Positions 51,110 to 60,231 of a stretch of DNA of 64,000 bases are shown piece by piece; positions within the stretch are counted from its first letter, which is position 1; every line of letters starts with the position of its first letter. Source of the DNA: Patescibacteria group bacterium (GTDB taxonomy: Bacteria; Patescibacteriota; Patescibacteriia; UBA9570); the NCBI GenBank assembly GCA_024277435.1, contig JAJRVJ010000031.1, positions 11-64,010 on the forward strand, read 5' to 3'. Position numbers and translations under genes: made by a program. The notes beneath the pieces are model-generated. The model saw only the letters and a list, made by a program, of their open reading frames with translations. It made no database searches and was not told the DNA's origin.

Positions 51110-51120
51110 AAGTGATATTG

Positions 51121-51393
51121 TTAACAGCCGCCTACCATCTTTGGTACGGAAGCTGGTTCTAATTGACTAGTTACATCGGTTGCAGTTGTAGCTGAACTTA
51201 CTGTACTCACCGTTGCTGCTGAGGCCCGATTTGTTGTAAGCATATATCCAAAATACGTATTAGATACTACAACTAATCCCAGTACTGAGAATTGAACGTA
51301 TTCGAATACACTAAATTTTTTCTGTTTTTTTACTGGGGTTTGAGTACCAGTTTTTTTAGTGATTATTTCTTCGATATCTTGTGTTGAGCTCAT
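51121..51393 (-). CDS. small hypothetical protein with C-terminal TM
   Basis: 90-aa ORF. Confidence 0.3.
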   Translation of the reverse strand: MSSTQDIEEIITKKTGTQTPVKKQKKFSVFEYVQFSVLGLVVVSNTYFGYMLTTNRASAATVSTVSSATTATDVTSQLEPASVPKMVGGC

Positions 51394-51412
51394 AATAGAA
51401 TAGTTATTTTTA

Positions 51413-52051
51413 TTATTTTACGTTATTTATCAAATACGTTTTCTCATTGAACGTATTGTTTTTTATTTGTTTTAAGGCTTTTGCCGAAGCGTCATTTGGA
51501 AAATACAGTGACTTCCACGTAACTAATTCAGCTAATATCTCATCATTAGACATATCCGGATAAGCTTCTAATAGATAACGTGTAAGGCCACGCATCGCTT
51601 TTGAATGTGCGCAACCACAAGCGGCAACGCCATTATCATATACCAGCGTTTGTGCGCCGCAACAATACTCACAACTAATCATTAATCCGATGTTTATATA
51701 TCGCGATAATACATCAGGAGCGAGAATTTGTGGATTTTGATATGGATCATATTGTCGCATCACATTCATGGCCGCCTCAGTCTCATCGTATGTGATGCCA
51801 AGGGCGCCACCATACATAGGTGGTACCCCGGTAGGTCTTAGCAGCGACCAAGCCTTTCCAATATTTTCCTCCGTCATTGGTAATTGTGCTAACTGACTAA
51901 GCGCTTCCATATTCTCTCCGCTAGGCATCATCTCGGCATGAGCTGGCATTGTATACACTAATAATCCATTCATGATAGAAGTAAGTCCGATAACCACTAC
52001 GAGTAATGAGCTGATAATGGAAGAAGGGGTAATAGTATTCGCATGTTTCAT
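51413..52051 (-). CDS. hypothetical membrane-anchored protein with CxxCC...CxC cluster
   Basis: SCEYCCG...CGCAHS cysteine cluster. Confidence 0.35.
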   Translation of the reverse strand: MKHANTITPSSIISSLLVVVIGLTSIMNGLLVYTMPAHAEMMPSGENMEALSQLAQLPMTEENIGKAWSLLRPTGVPPMYGGALGITYDETEAAMNVMRQYDPYQNPQILAPDVLSRYINIGLMISCEYCCGAQTLVYDNGVAACGCAHSKAMRGLTRYLLEAYPDMSNDEILAELVTWKSLYFPNDASAKALKQIKNNTFNEKTYLINNVK

Positions 52052-52057
52052 AATTAT

Positions 52058-53035
52058 TTAGTCTTCATGTGGTTCTTGTAATTTATATGCCTCGGGTCCT
52101 AAATCCAGATCAATTTCCGCCCAAATCTTGAATTCTGGAGCATCATCAATTTCTGGATCAGTTATTACAGCTATAGTTTTGAAGAATTTACCATCCGGTT
52201 CGTCATGTAAATTTGGATCAAATTCAACTGTTAGAGTTGTCGTATCTCCAGTTTCAAGATATTCATTACTAACGGAAGCAGTTGTACACGCGCAGCTACC
52301 AGGTACTCCAGTGATGGTGATGGGCTCAGATCCTAGATACGTCAGTTCAAAATCATGTGTGATAATACCTTGGCTTTGCTTTACCACCCCAAAATCATAT
52401 TCTAGCTCCGAAACACTAAATACCTCTTCTGATTCCGATTCCTGTATCGATGTGCTGCTAGATGCGTTGGTTTCTGCTTGTTTTTTTTCATAATCCTCTT
52501 CTGAAAGAACCATGCCCGATGCCTTTATTTCAAGGATTGAACCATCCTTAACAGACTTGTCCGCTTCAGTGATATCTCCATCTGGTACCGCGCTAGTGGT
52601 AATGTATACTGAACGCTGAATTTCGCCGGTAGCTGTAGGGCCATGTGCTAGAGGATCAAATACTACATTTACTTCGAACGATTCACCTGGCTGCACAATA
52701 CCATTCCAGTTTAATGCATTATTGTGCATACCAAATCGCCCACTGCTTGATTTCTCAGGAACGGAAATATATGCGGTTGTACACATACATGAAGTCTCGG
52801 CTGTTTTAATCACTAGCGGATCACTAGAATCATTCGTTAACGTAAACGTATGTTCTACATCTCCGCCCTGGATATTTATGTCTCCCCAATCATGTATAAG
52901 CTCTACATCTGTAGAAATAACTCCACTCGGCCAAGTAATCTCAGGATTAGGAGAACTTTGTAATACCGCCCAGGCAATAATTGCTACAATAGCAGCAATT
53001 ATTGCGCCAATGACAATTTTTTTCATAGATAACAA
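52058..53035 (-). CDS. tandem DUF1573 domain protein, membrane-anchored
   Basis: two HDFG/YDFG...CxC(T) modules. Confidence 0.55.
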   Translation of the reverse strand: MLSMKKIVIGAIIAAIVAIIAWAVLQSSPNPEITWPSGVISTDVELIHDWGDINIQGGDVEHTFTLTNDSSDPLVIKTAETSCMCTTAYISVPEKSSSGRFGMHNNALNWNGIVQPGESFEVNVVFDPLAHGPTATGEIQRSVYITTSAVPDGDITEADKSVKDGSILEIKASGMVLSEEDYEKKQAETNASSSTSIQESESEEVFSVSELEYDFGVVKQSQGIITHDFELTYLGSEPITITGVPGSCACTTASVSNEYLETGDTTTLTVEFDPNLHDEPDGKFFKTIAVITDPEIDDAPEFKIWAEIDLDLGPEAYKLQEPHED

Positions 53036-53069
53036 TAATTTAGGTAATTAAACGAAATTACGCTAAATA

Positions 53070-53408
53070 CTATTCCAACAATATGACTGTTTCAAACAAA
53101 TAACGAGGTGGATGCCAAAATTCTGGCACGTATATTTCTTTCTGCCGAATAATAGTAACAGCGAATACAATACTCTGGCTAATAATAACAATAGCAACAA
53201 TTAAACCAGCTATCGCCATGTCATTATCTGCAAGTACTCCCGCAGAAGACAAGCAGTGGTCTGAACATTGATTGCTCGCCTGACACGTATCATCACACGC
53301 ACCCTCCATTGCATGATCCATTGCGCCCTGCATATCTCCTGCTATAGCTGCTGGAGCTAGCGAAAATATACTTAATGCACTAATGATTACTATTGCTAAT
53401 AATTTCAT
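53070..53408 (-). CDS. small Cys-rich membrane protein, family A copy 1
   Basis: signal, C..C...C..HC cluster, TM, C-terminal PPRYLFETVILLE; paralog of 55646..55987. Confidence 0.45.
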   Translation of the reverse strand: MKLLAIVIISALSIFSLAPAAIAGDMQGAMDHAMEGACDDTCQASNQCSDHCLSSAGVLADNDMAIAGLIVAIVIISQSIVFAVTIIRQKEIYVPEFWHPPRYLFETVILLE

Positions 53409-53439
53409 ATCTTCATTATTACGGTATTTTCTATATTTA

Positions 53440-54216
53440 TCAAATCACCGGACTTGATAAACGCGTAAAATATCCAACAAGATAGGCAAATTTATTAAGT
53501 ATTAACAGCACCCCCATAATCAACAACATAACACCTGCTATCTTTTGAGCAATAATAGTATACCGATTAAACTTCTTCAATAGCGGGGCTACAGATTGTA
53601 TACTAAGGGCTAGTAAGAGAAATGGTACAGCTAAGCCCAAAGCAAAGGCCAACAGTAAGAGTACTCCTCGAATTGATCCTCCTGAAAATGTTGCTAAGAA
53701 TAATACCGATGCCAAAATAGGCCCAATACACGGTGTCCACGCAAAGCCGAATGTTAACCCTGTTAAAAATGAATTCAAGGATTGCCACTTTGTAAATCCC
53801 TTATGAAAATCAATTTTAAATTGCTTATATAACCACGGTATCTTGAATACCTCTAATACATAGAGACCAAGCAATATCATGAGTATACCTCCTAGGCGCT
53901 GTAACAACTCTTTATTTACACTGAGCAATGAACCCAATGTACCGCTCGCTAATCCCAGTAACATGAATACAATAATAAATCCGGTTACAAACAATACGGC
54001 CTGGATAAATGTTTTTCTCCGCAGTGCATGTTTTTTCTTTTCGCCCTGCTTTTCAACATCGCTCAACTCAATTCCTGTAAAGTATCCTAGATATGCCGGA
54101 ACAATTGGAAGTATACACGGGGATAGAAAGGCAATAATGCCAGCCAGGAAAGCGACGCCGAACCCGACGTCGCCTCCAATAAATAGACCAAAATTAGTCC
54201 ATAACTCAAATATCAT
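53440..54216 (-). CDS. ccdA: cytochrome c-type biogenesis / thiol-disulfide transporter CcdA (DsbD TM domain)
   Basis: FLAGIIAFLSPCILP and second Cys helix. Confidence 0.75.
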   Translation of the reverse strand: MIFELWTNFGLFIGGDVGFGVAFLAGIIAFLSPCILPIVPAYLGYFTGIELSDVEKQGEKKKHALRRKTFIQAVLFVTGFIIVFMLLGLASGTLGSLLSVNKELLQRLGGILMILLGLYVLEVFKIPWLYKQFKIDFHKGFTKWQSLNSFLTGLTFGFAWTPCIGPILASVLFLATFSGGSIRGVLLLLAFALGLAVPFLLLALSIQSVAPLLKKFNRYTIIAQKIAGVMLLIMGVLLILNKFAYLVGYFTRLSSPVI

Positions 54217-54218
54217 GG

Positions 54219-55016
54219 CTATTCAAGAATTTGATCAATGGCTGGTGCTAGTTGCTCGAATGGAAGAGCTCCGGGAATAGTTTCTAGTACATTCCCTTCA
54301 CCATCAACAATTACAGAAAATGGAGTTCCAGTTCCACCTAGCGCTTGAGCTTCGGCTAGCTCCGCCTCAACTTTATTGCTGTATTTTTCAGAATCTAGAC
54401 ACTCTGTGAACTGCCCCTCGTCCAATCCTACAGTAGCAGCCATATTGTATAATTCTTCATCAGCTAAACCATCGTTGGATGGCGTGGTTTCAAAGAGTAA
54501 ATTTATATACTCCCAAAACTTACCTTGTTCCGCAGCGCATTCAGTAGCCATAGCTTCCTTTTTTGCCTTCCGATGCAATGACGCGAGCGGAAAATGCTTG
54601 TACGCCCAACGAACTTGTCCGGCATATTCCTCTACTACCTGCTGCATTGTCGGATGGAACCGCTTGCAAAATGGACACTCAGTATCTGAATATTCAACAA
54701 TGGTAATATCACCCTCGCCGAGTACATTAGTTAGCGATGCCATATCAACACTACCAGCTGCGGATGGCTGAGTAGGCGTTGGTTGAGTCTTGGTTTTTGT
54801 AGTGGTACCAGAATTTGTATTTGCTGTAACTGTGGTAGCTGTATCTGTTGCGGAACCCACTACAGATACACCCTTGAACAGCATTACAAGCATCACAATA
54901 AAGCCCAGAGCAAATAATACTCCCCCTCCAATTACAATACCTCCCCAAAACGCCGTTCGAGGTGGTAATTGATCTAGCATCGATTTTGTGTTCTTACTTT
55001 CCATATTTTTATACAT
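54219..55016 (-). CDS. DsbA-family thiol:disulfide oxidoreductase, membrane-anchored
   Basis: CPFC active site in thioredoxin fold. Confidence 0.7.
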   Translation of the reverse strand: MYKNMESKNTKSMLDQLPPRTAFWGGIVIGGGVLFALGFIVMLVMLFKGVSVVGSATDTATTVTANTNSGTTTKTKTQPTPTQPSAAGSVDMASLTNVLGEGDITIVEYSDTECPFCKRFHPTMQQVVEEYAGQVRWAYKHFPLASLHRKAKKEAMATECAAEQGKFWEYINLLFETTPSNDGLADEELYNMAATVGLDEGQFTECLDSEKYSNKVEAELAEAQALGGTGTPFSVIVDGEGNVLETIPGALPFEQLAPAIDQILE

Positions 55017-55018
55017 AG

Positions 55019-55600
55019 TTATTCGTTAGTTCGTTCAGGTGCACGATTGTAGTATTTGTTTACAAATGTTTCAATACGATCTTCATCATATTCATCAAAC
55101 GCATCTAAACGCGTCCACGCTGTTATAGCATATGTAGTGTCCAATGTATCATTTGGCACTAGCATAAGCTTAGTTTTACGAGAACTTAAATCCTGAAATA
55201 AGGTTTTAAGTTCTTCTAGATTTGTAATAGCATCTGGATGATAGTGAATGATCACACCACCATGCTCAAGATTATGCACTTGCCTTTCATACGCTACTGG
55301 TTCTGCGTATACTCCCCAATTAGCTGGTCCACTATGCGGTCCAGAGGTAGGTGGATTAGAATTGTATTCATCATGCTCCTTCCCAAGTTCGATATGTTCT
55401 CTACCTAAATCTTCAAGCTGCTCTCCAGGAATTTCCTGTGCTGACCTCCTTACGCCCATCACAATTAATGCGACAACTGCAATAACAACAAGTCCTACAA
55501 TAATTAATGCGATGGGGCTCTTTTTTTGTTTTGACTTCTTATTATCTAAGCGCTGCTTAGCTTTTTCTTGTTCGCGCTGCTCTTTACTCTTTTTGCTCAT
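55019..55600 (-). CDS. DUF3105 domain protein, membrane-anchored
   Basis: PPTSGPH...HNLEHGGVIIHY pattern. Confidence 0.55.
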   Translation of the reverse strand: MSKKSKEQREQEKAKQRLDNKKSKQKKSPIALIIVGLVVIAVVALIVMGVRRSAQEIPGEQLEDLGREHIELGKEHDEYNSNPPTSGPHSGPANWGVYAEPVAYERQVHNLEHGGVIIHYHPDAITNLEELKTLFQDLSSRKTKLMLVPNDTLDTTYAITAWTRLDAFDEYDEDRIETFVNKYYNRAPERTNE

Positions 55601-55645
55601 AGAATACCTATTTTTTTTAATAATGTATAAATTTCACATGCGAAT

Positions 55646-55987
55646 TTATTCTAAAAGTTGTACCGTAGCAAAAAGATATTTAGGAGGATAAAAAATCTCT
55701 GAAGTATATTTCTTTACATGTACATTCAGCCAACTAAACCGTACAATGACAACGCTCATAATGGCGATAAGGGCTGTTATCGCTAACATACTACTATCCT
55801 TATGTCGCATTACTATAGATGTAATACAATGCTGAACACAATGCATGCTCGCAACACAATATGCACTATCACAACTTACTGGCGATATATCTCCACTCGC
55901 CATTTGATGATTAAATGAACTATTCATAAATAGCGCACCAAATATCATTCCAAATACTAACGTTGCGATAAAAAATATTTTGATCAT
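55646..55987 (-). CDS. small Cys-rich membrane protein, family A copy 2
   Basis: C..C...C..HC cluster, TM, C-terminal PPKYLFATVQLLE. Confidence 0.45.
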   Translation of the reverse strand: MIKIFFIATLVFGMIFGALFMNSSFNHQMASGDISPVSCDSAYCVASMHCVQHCITSIVMRHKDSSMLAITALIAIMSVVIVRFSWLNVHVKKYTSEIFYPPKYLFATVQLLE

Positions 55988-56006
55988 ACGAACAGTATAG
56001 CAGTAA

Positions 56007-56774
56007 TTACTTTTTTATACTACCGCCGATAGTAGATTTATGTGTTTTATACCATACATACATGGCTACACCCAATCCTACTAAGAATAGGCTAATCAAC
56101 TGTGCAAAACTGCGATATGAAAATATGTACTCAGAATCTGGGTAATCACGTATGATCTCGATTAAGAATCGAAATGTGCCGTACATAATTAAACCCACGC
56201 TCCATATTCTTTGCTTCCAGGCTGGCTTTGTTGCAAGCCACCGTAATAGAAAAAAAACGGATATCAATATTATCGTGCTATATAGTTGAGCCGGATGCCG
56301 TGGAATATCACCTTGAGCAGTAATGGCCCAAGGCACACTAGTTGGCGTACCAATTTCACTCCATGATAAAAAATCACCAAGCCGACCAATTCCCCAGCCT
56401 AATAGCAAATATGGCATCACATTATTTAACCAAGGCATTACTGATTGTTTTTTGTATAGGATATATCCAATGGCTGCTAATACACCGCCTATCATTCCAC
56501 CAAATGAAACTAATCCACCTTCCCAAATTTTCGCAATATCAATTATATTCGCATACAACTGTAAGTTTAGTAGAACGTATAGTAAGCGTGCTCCCAATAT
56601 TCCACCCAATACACCAACGAGCACCACATTTTCTGCGATGTTCTTTGATAAATTATTCTTTTCAACCTGTTTGTACCATAATAGATAGGCAATAAGTATA
56701 CCAATAGCAATCAATAAGCTGTGTGTAGAAATACTTAGTGGGCCAATTTCAATATATTCTATTGGCAACATCAC
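56007..56774 (-). CDS. lgt: prolipoprotein diacylglyceryl transferase
   Basis: Lgt signature and topology. Confidence 0.8.
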   Translation of the reverse strand: MMLPIEYIEIGPLSISTHSLLIAIGILIAYLLWYKQVEKNNLSKNIAENVVLVGVLGGILGARLLYVLLNLQLYANIIDIAKIWEGGLVSFGGMIGGVLAAIGYILYKKQSVMPWLNNVMPYLLLGWGIGRLGDFLSWSEIGTPTSVPWAITAQGDIPRHPAQLYSTIILISVFFLLRWLATKPAWKQRIWSVGLIMYGTFRFLIEIIRDYPDSEYIFSYRSFAQLISLFLVGLGVAMYVWYKTHKSTIGGSIKK

Positions 56775-57481
56775 TGTAGTTCTTTACTCTTTTCTTCAAA
56801 CTCCTTCTTATCTATTTCGCCATTAGCATACCGCTTCTTTAGCACATCTTGCGCGGTATCACCTCCGGATTTCCTAGATACTTGCATAATTACAATAATA
56901 AGCACCACAACAATACCGATACCAAATAGCCAATTTAGTAATGAACCCAATCCAGACCATCCCATCATGTTTGTGGAATACCCCATCATAGAATCATCTA
57001 GTACCGCTCCGTAATCGTGCATCATTGTACCACCCATCATTCCTTCGCTCTCATGCATTAGTTCCATCATCTCCTCCATAAGATATCCTCCTAAAAGGAA
57101 GTTACCTTCACTTTGTACATTCTTCACTACATCAGAATCGGTTGATGTGAATGTAAATTCCGCTCCAGTAGCGATCTGCTCTACAAGCACTGTCATATCA
57201 GAAAAGTGTTCCTGAATATCATCTTCGTGCTGGATGAGCTCAGAGGTAATCGCCTCAACCAACTCTGCATCCGTGCTAGTAATACTCGTAATTATTCCAT
57301 CGGATATGTCCGTGGTCTCAAAATTAGCTTGATGCAGTACTGCATGCATATCTTGCATATGATCCCACTCCTCGCTTTGAGACTCACTAGCAGTATCTAC
57401 TACCTCTATTTCACCGCCATGCGCCAAAGCACTTATTGGTAACCACATGGAGAAGAGTATTAATATAAGTATTTTTTTCAT
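56771..57481 (-). CDS. secreted Met/His-rich protein with C-terminal TM and SHOCT domain
   Basis: signal peptide; M/H-rich (MMELMHESEGMMGGTMMHDY); C-terminal LKKRYANGEIDKKEFEEKSKEL. Confidence 0.5.
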   Translation of the reverse strand: MKKILILILFSMWLPISALAHGGEIEVVDTASESQSEEWDHMQDMHAVLHQANFETTDISDGIITSITSTDAELVEAITSELIQHEDDIQEHFSDMTVLVEQIATGAEFTFTSTDSDVVKNVQSEGNFLLGGYLMEEMMELMHESEGMMGGTMMHDYGAVLDDSMMGYSTNMMGWSGLGSLLNWLFGIGIVVVLIIVIMQVSRKSGGDTAQDVLKKRYANGEIDKKEFEEKSKELQ

Positions 57482-57485
57482 ATAT

Positions 57486-59825
57486 CTATCGTTTTAATCG
57501 TAAAGAATTCGCTATCACTGAAACGGAGCTAAAGGCCATGGCCATTCCAGCAAAGGCTGGGTTGAGCAATATTCCAAATACCGGATACAGTACACCAGCC
57601 GCCAGTGGTATACCGATAATATTATAGAAAAATGCCCAAAATAAATTTTGTTTTATTACACGTAATGTCCGTTTAGAAAGTTGTAACGCATCGGCTACTT
57701 TATGAATATCACCTTTAAGTAAGGTAATTCCAGCCGATTCTATTGCTACGTCTGTGCCCGTGCTCATGGCGATTCCAATATTCGCCTGCGCCAAGGCCGG
57801 GGCATCATTTACACCATCTCCTACCATCGCCACTATCCTACCTTCGGCTTGCAACTCTTTTACCTTAGCGGCCTTATCCCCTGGTTGCACTTCTGCTAAT
57901 ACCTCTGTGATACCAAGTTGTGCAGCAATGGCCTGAGCGGTTTCCATGTTGTCGCCTGTTACCATAACAAGCCGCATGCCTTTATTTTGTAAACCCGTAA
58001 TAGCATCAGCTACATTTTCCTTAATAGTATCGGCCAGTGCAATAATTCCAACCTCGCGTTTATCCTGCGCAATGTACACTACAGTTTTTCCTTTAGATTT
58101 TAAGCGCTGCACGTTCGCATCAAGATCAGTATTAGATGCTATTGATTGTTCTTCGAAGAATGCTCGCGTACCAACCCGCCAGGTACTTCCTTGAATATCT
58201 CCCGTAATTCCCTTCCCAGCAGACACTTGTACATTTTGCACATCAGCAATGGGGCAATTCTCTTTAGTGGCTTTATTCACAATAGCAATGCCCAGGGGAT
58301 GTTCGGAAAGATTTTCTAAACTTGCTGCATACTGCAATAATTGTTGCTGGGAAAGATCTACTCCATCTACCACCTGCATATCGGTAACTACCGGCTTACC
58401 TTGTGTTAAGGTTCCAGTTTTATCGAACATAATTGTATCTACAGAATAGGCGATTTCTAAACTCTCGGCATCTTTAATAAGTATTCCATTGCGCGCGGCT
58501 GTACCCGTTCCAACCACTACAGCCGTTGGTGTAGCCAGCCCCATCGCACAGGGGCACGCAATTACTAATATTCCTACTAACGATCGTATTGCTAATGGTA
58601 CCACCTCGGAAATTTCCATAGATTGCCCACCGATAAGAAACCACAATGCGAATACAATAACTGATAACACTAATACAAACGGTACAAAGTATGCTGCAAT
58701 CGTATCAGCCAATCGTTGAATTGGCGCCTTCGAGCTTTGCGCCTCCTGCACCATTGTTACTATTTGCGCCAGTACAGTACCCTCGCCAACGGAAGTGGCC
58801 TTAATAGTAATAACCCCCTCTTTATTTACTGTGGCACCAATTACTGTATCATCTACATCTTTCGCAACCGGTAAACTTTCACCTGTAATCATGGATTCAT
58901 CGATATGGGTAGCTCCTTCAATAAGTATTCCATCAACGGGAATTTTTTCTCCAGACTTCACTACACACATATCGCCTACTTGTAACTCTGCTACAGGAAC
59001 ATCTACAAGCTCTCTATCGCGCTTAATATGAGCGATGGCTGGCTGTAATTCAATAAGCGCTCGAATAGCAGCGCCGGTTTTTTTCTTACTGGCACTCTCA
59101 AGGTATTTTCCAAATAGTACAAAACCAACCACAATAATGCTGGCATCAAAATAATATTCATTGGGTAAACCAAGGCTCTCTCGTAACTCAGGAAGAATAA
59201 ATATAATTGCACTATAGGTGTAGGCTACTACTGTACCAATAGCAACCAGGGTATCCATATCGGCATTACCATGGCGAATAAAGCGCCAAGCTCCTCGTAA
59301 GAATTGTTGGCCACTCCAAAATACAATTGGTGTAGCAATTACTAGTTGTAAAAATTGAAACCACCGCAAGTGCATAATTAATTCCATACCAAACACTTGT
59401 TTCGCGATAATTTCAGCAATAACAATAACAAAAATGATGACTGCTACCGGTAAGGCTAGCCATAACTTTGGCTTAATATCTTCTACCGGCATAGCATGAT
59501 TCATATGGTCCATTTCGCCATCATCTGAGCTATCACCTGAATCACCCATATCGTGCCCCTGCATATCATCATGAGACATTTTCATATCATGTGCCGGCTC
59601 TTTTTTGTTAGCAGTTAGCGTGTATTCATAATCCGCTAAGGCCGCATTCATTTGCTTAAGTGATATTTGCTGCGGATCGTAGGAAATCGATACCTGATCT
59701 AACGCAACATTAACCGCTACCGATTCTACGCCTGACTGCTCGGTTAGGCGCTTCTCGATCTTAGCGGCGCAGGAAGCACAATGCATCCCATGAACTGTAA
59801 ATTGCTCTTTTTGAATATTTACCAT
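57486..59825 (-). CDS. copA: Cu(+)-exporting P1B-1 ATPase CopA
   Basis: N-terminal [16 protein letters not shown]6 motif, [13 protein letters not shown]. Confidence 0.85.
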   Translation of the reverse strand: MVNIQKEQFTVHGMHCASCAAKIEKRLTEQSGVESVAVNVALDQVSISYDPQQISLKQMNAALADYEYTLTANKKEPAHDMKMSHDDMQGHDMGDSGDSSDDGEMDHMNHAMPVEDIKPKLWLALPVAVIIFVIVIAEIIAKQVFGMELIMHLRWFQFLQLVIATPIVFWSGQQFLRGAWRFIRHGNADMDTLVAIGTVVAYTYSAIIFILPELRESLGLPNEYYFDASIIVVGFVLFGKYLESASKKKTGAAIRALIELQPAIAHIKRDRELVDVPVAELQVGDMCVVKSGEKIPVDGILIEGATHIDESMITGESLPVAKDVDDTVIGATVNKEGVITIKATSVGEGTVLAQIVTMVQEAQSSKAPIQRLADTIAAYFVPFVLVLSVIVFALWFLIGGQSMEISEVVPLAIRSLVGILVIACPCAMGLATPTAVVVGTGTAARNGILIKDAESLEIAYSVDTIMFDKTGTLTQGKPVVTDMQVVDGVDLSQQQLLQYAASLENLSEHPLGIAIVNKATKENCPIADVQNVQVSAGKGITGDIQGSTWRVGTRAFFEEQSIASNTDLDANVQRLKSKGKTVVYIAQDKREVGIIALADTIKENVADAITGLQNKGMRLVMVTGDNMETAQAIAAQLGITEVLAEVQPGDKAAKVKELQAEGRIVAMVGDGVNDAPALAQANIGIAMSTGTDVAIESAGITLLKGDIHKVADALQLSKRTLRVIKQNLFWAFFYNIIGIPLAAGVLYPVFGILLNPAFAGMAMAFSSVSVIANSLRLKR

Positions 59826-59836
59826 GTGTGTTGTAA

Positions 59837-60097
59837 TTATTTATTCTCGCCTCTATTTAAACGATTATAGATTGAACCGAATAGGTATCCACTAATAAAG
59901 CTGATAATTGCCGCCTCAACCATTACGCCGATAATTCCTAGAAAAGATGGTGAGAATAATACGTGCCATTCCGCCATAGTTGCGACCGCCTCTTCATATA
60001 TGCCAATATTGGCAAGAATGCCAAGAACCAGCATTGTGAGTGCTGACATAATTGCTGCTGCATAGCCTAGGGCTAGCGCGTTCAATGTATGTTTCAT
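59837..60097 (-). CDS. 86-aa two-TM membrane protein, family B copy 1
   Basis: near-identical paralog at 63313..63573. Confidence 0.45.
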   Translation of the reverse strand: MKHTLNALALGYAAAIMSALTMLVLGILANIGIYEEAVATMAEWHVLFSPSFLGIIGVMVEAAIISFISGYLFGSIYNRLNRGENK

Positions 60098-60137
60098 AGG
60101 ATATGATTATTATCTGAATTAGATTAAATATATATTA

Positions 60138-60182
60138 TCTTTCGGTTTTTTTATAGATTTGCATAATTTCATCTATCTGATT
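60138..60182 (-). pseudogene. csoR 3'-terminal remnant (..QIDEIMQIYKKTER*)
   Basis: ~36-nt identity to C-terminus of csoR at 63619..63658. Confidence 0.5.
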
Positions 60183-60231
60183 CGGAAACAATGATGTTGA
60201 ATAAATTTTTGCGGGCAATGGAAATTTTCAT

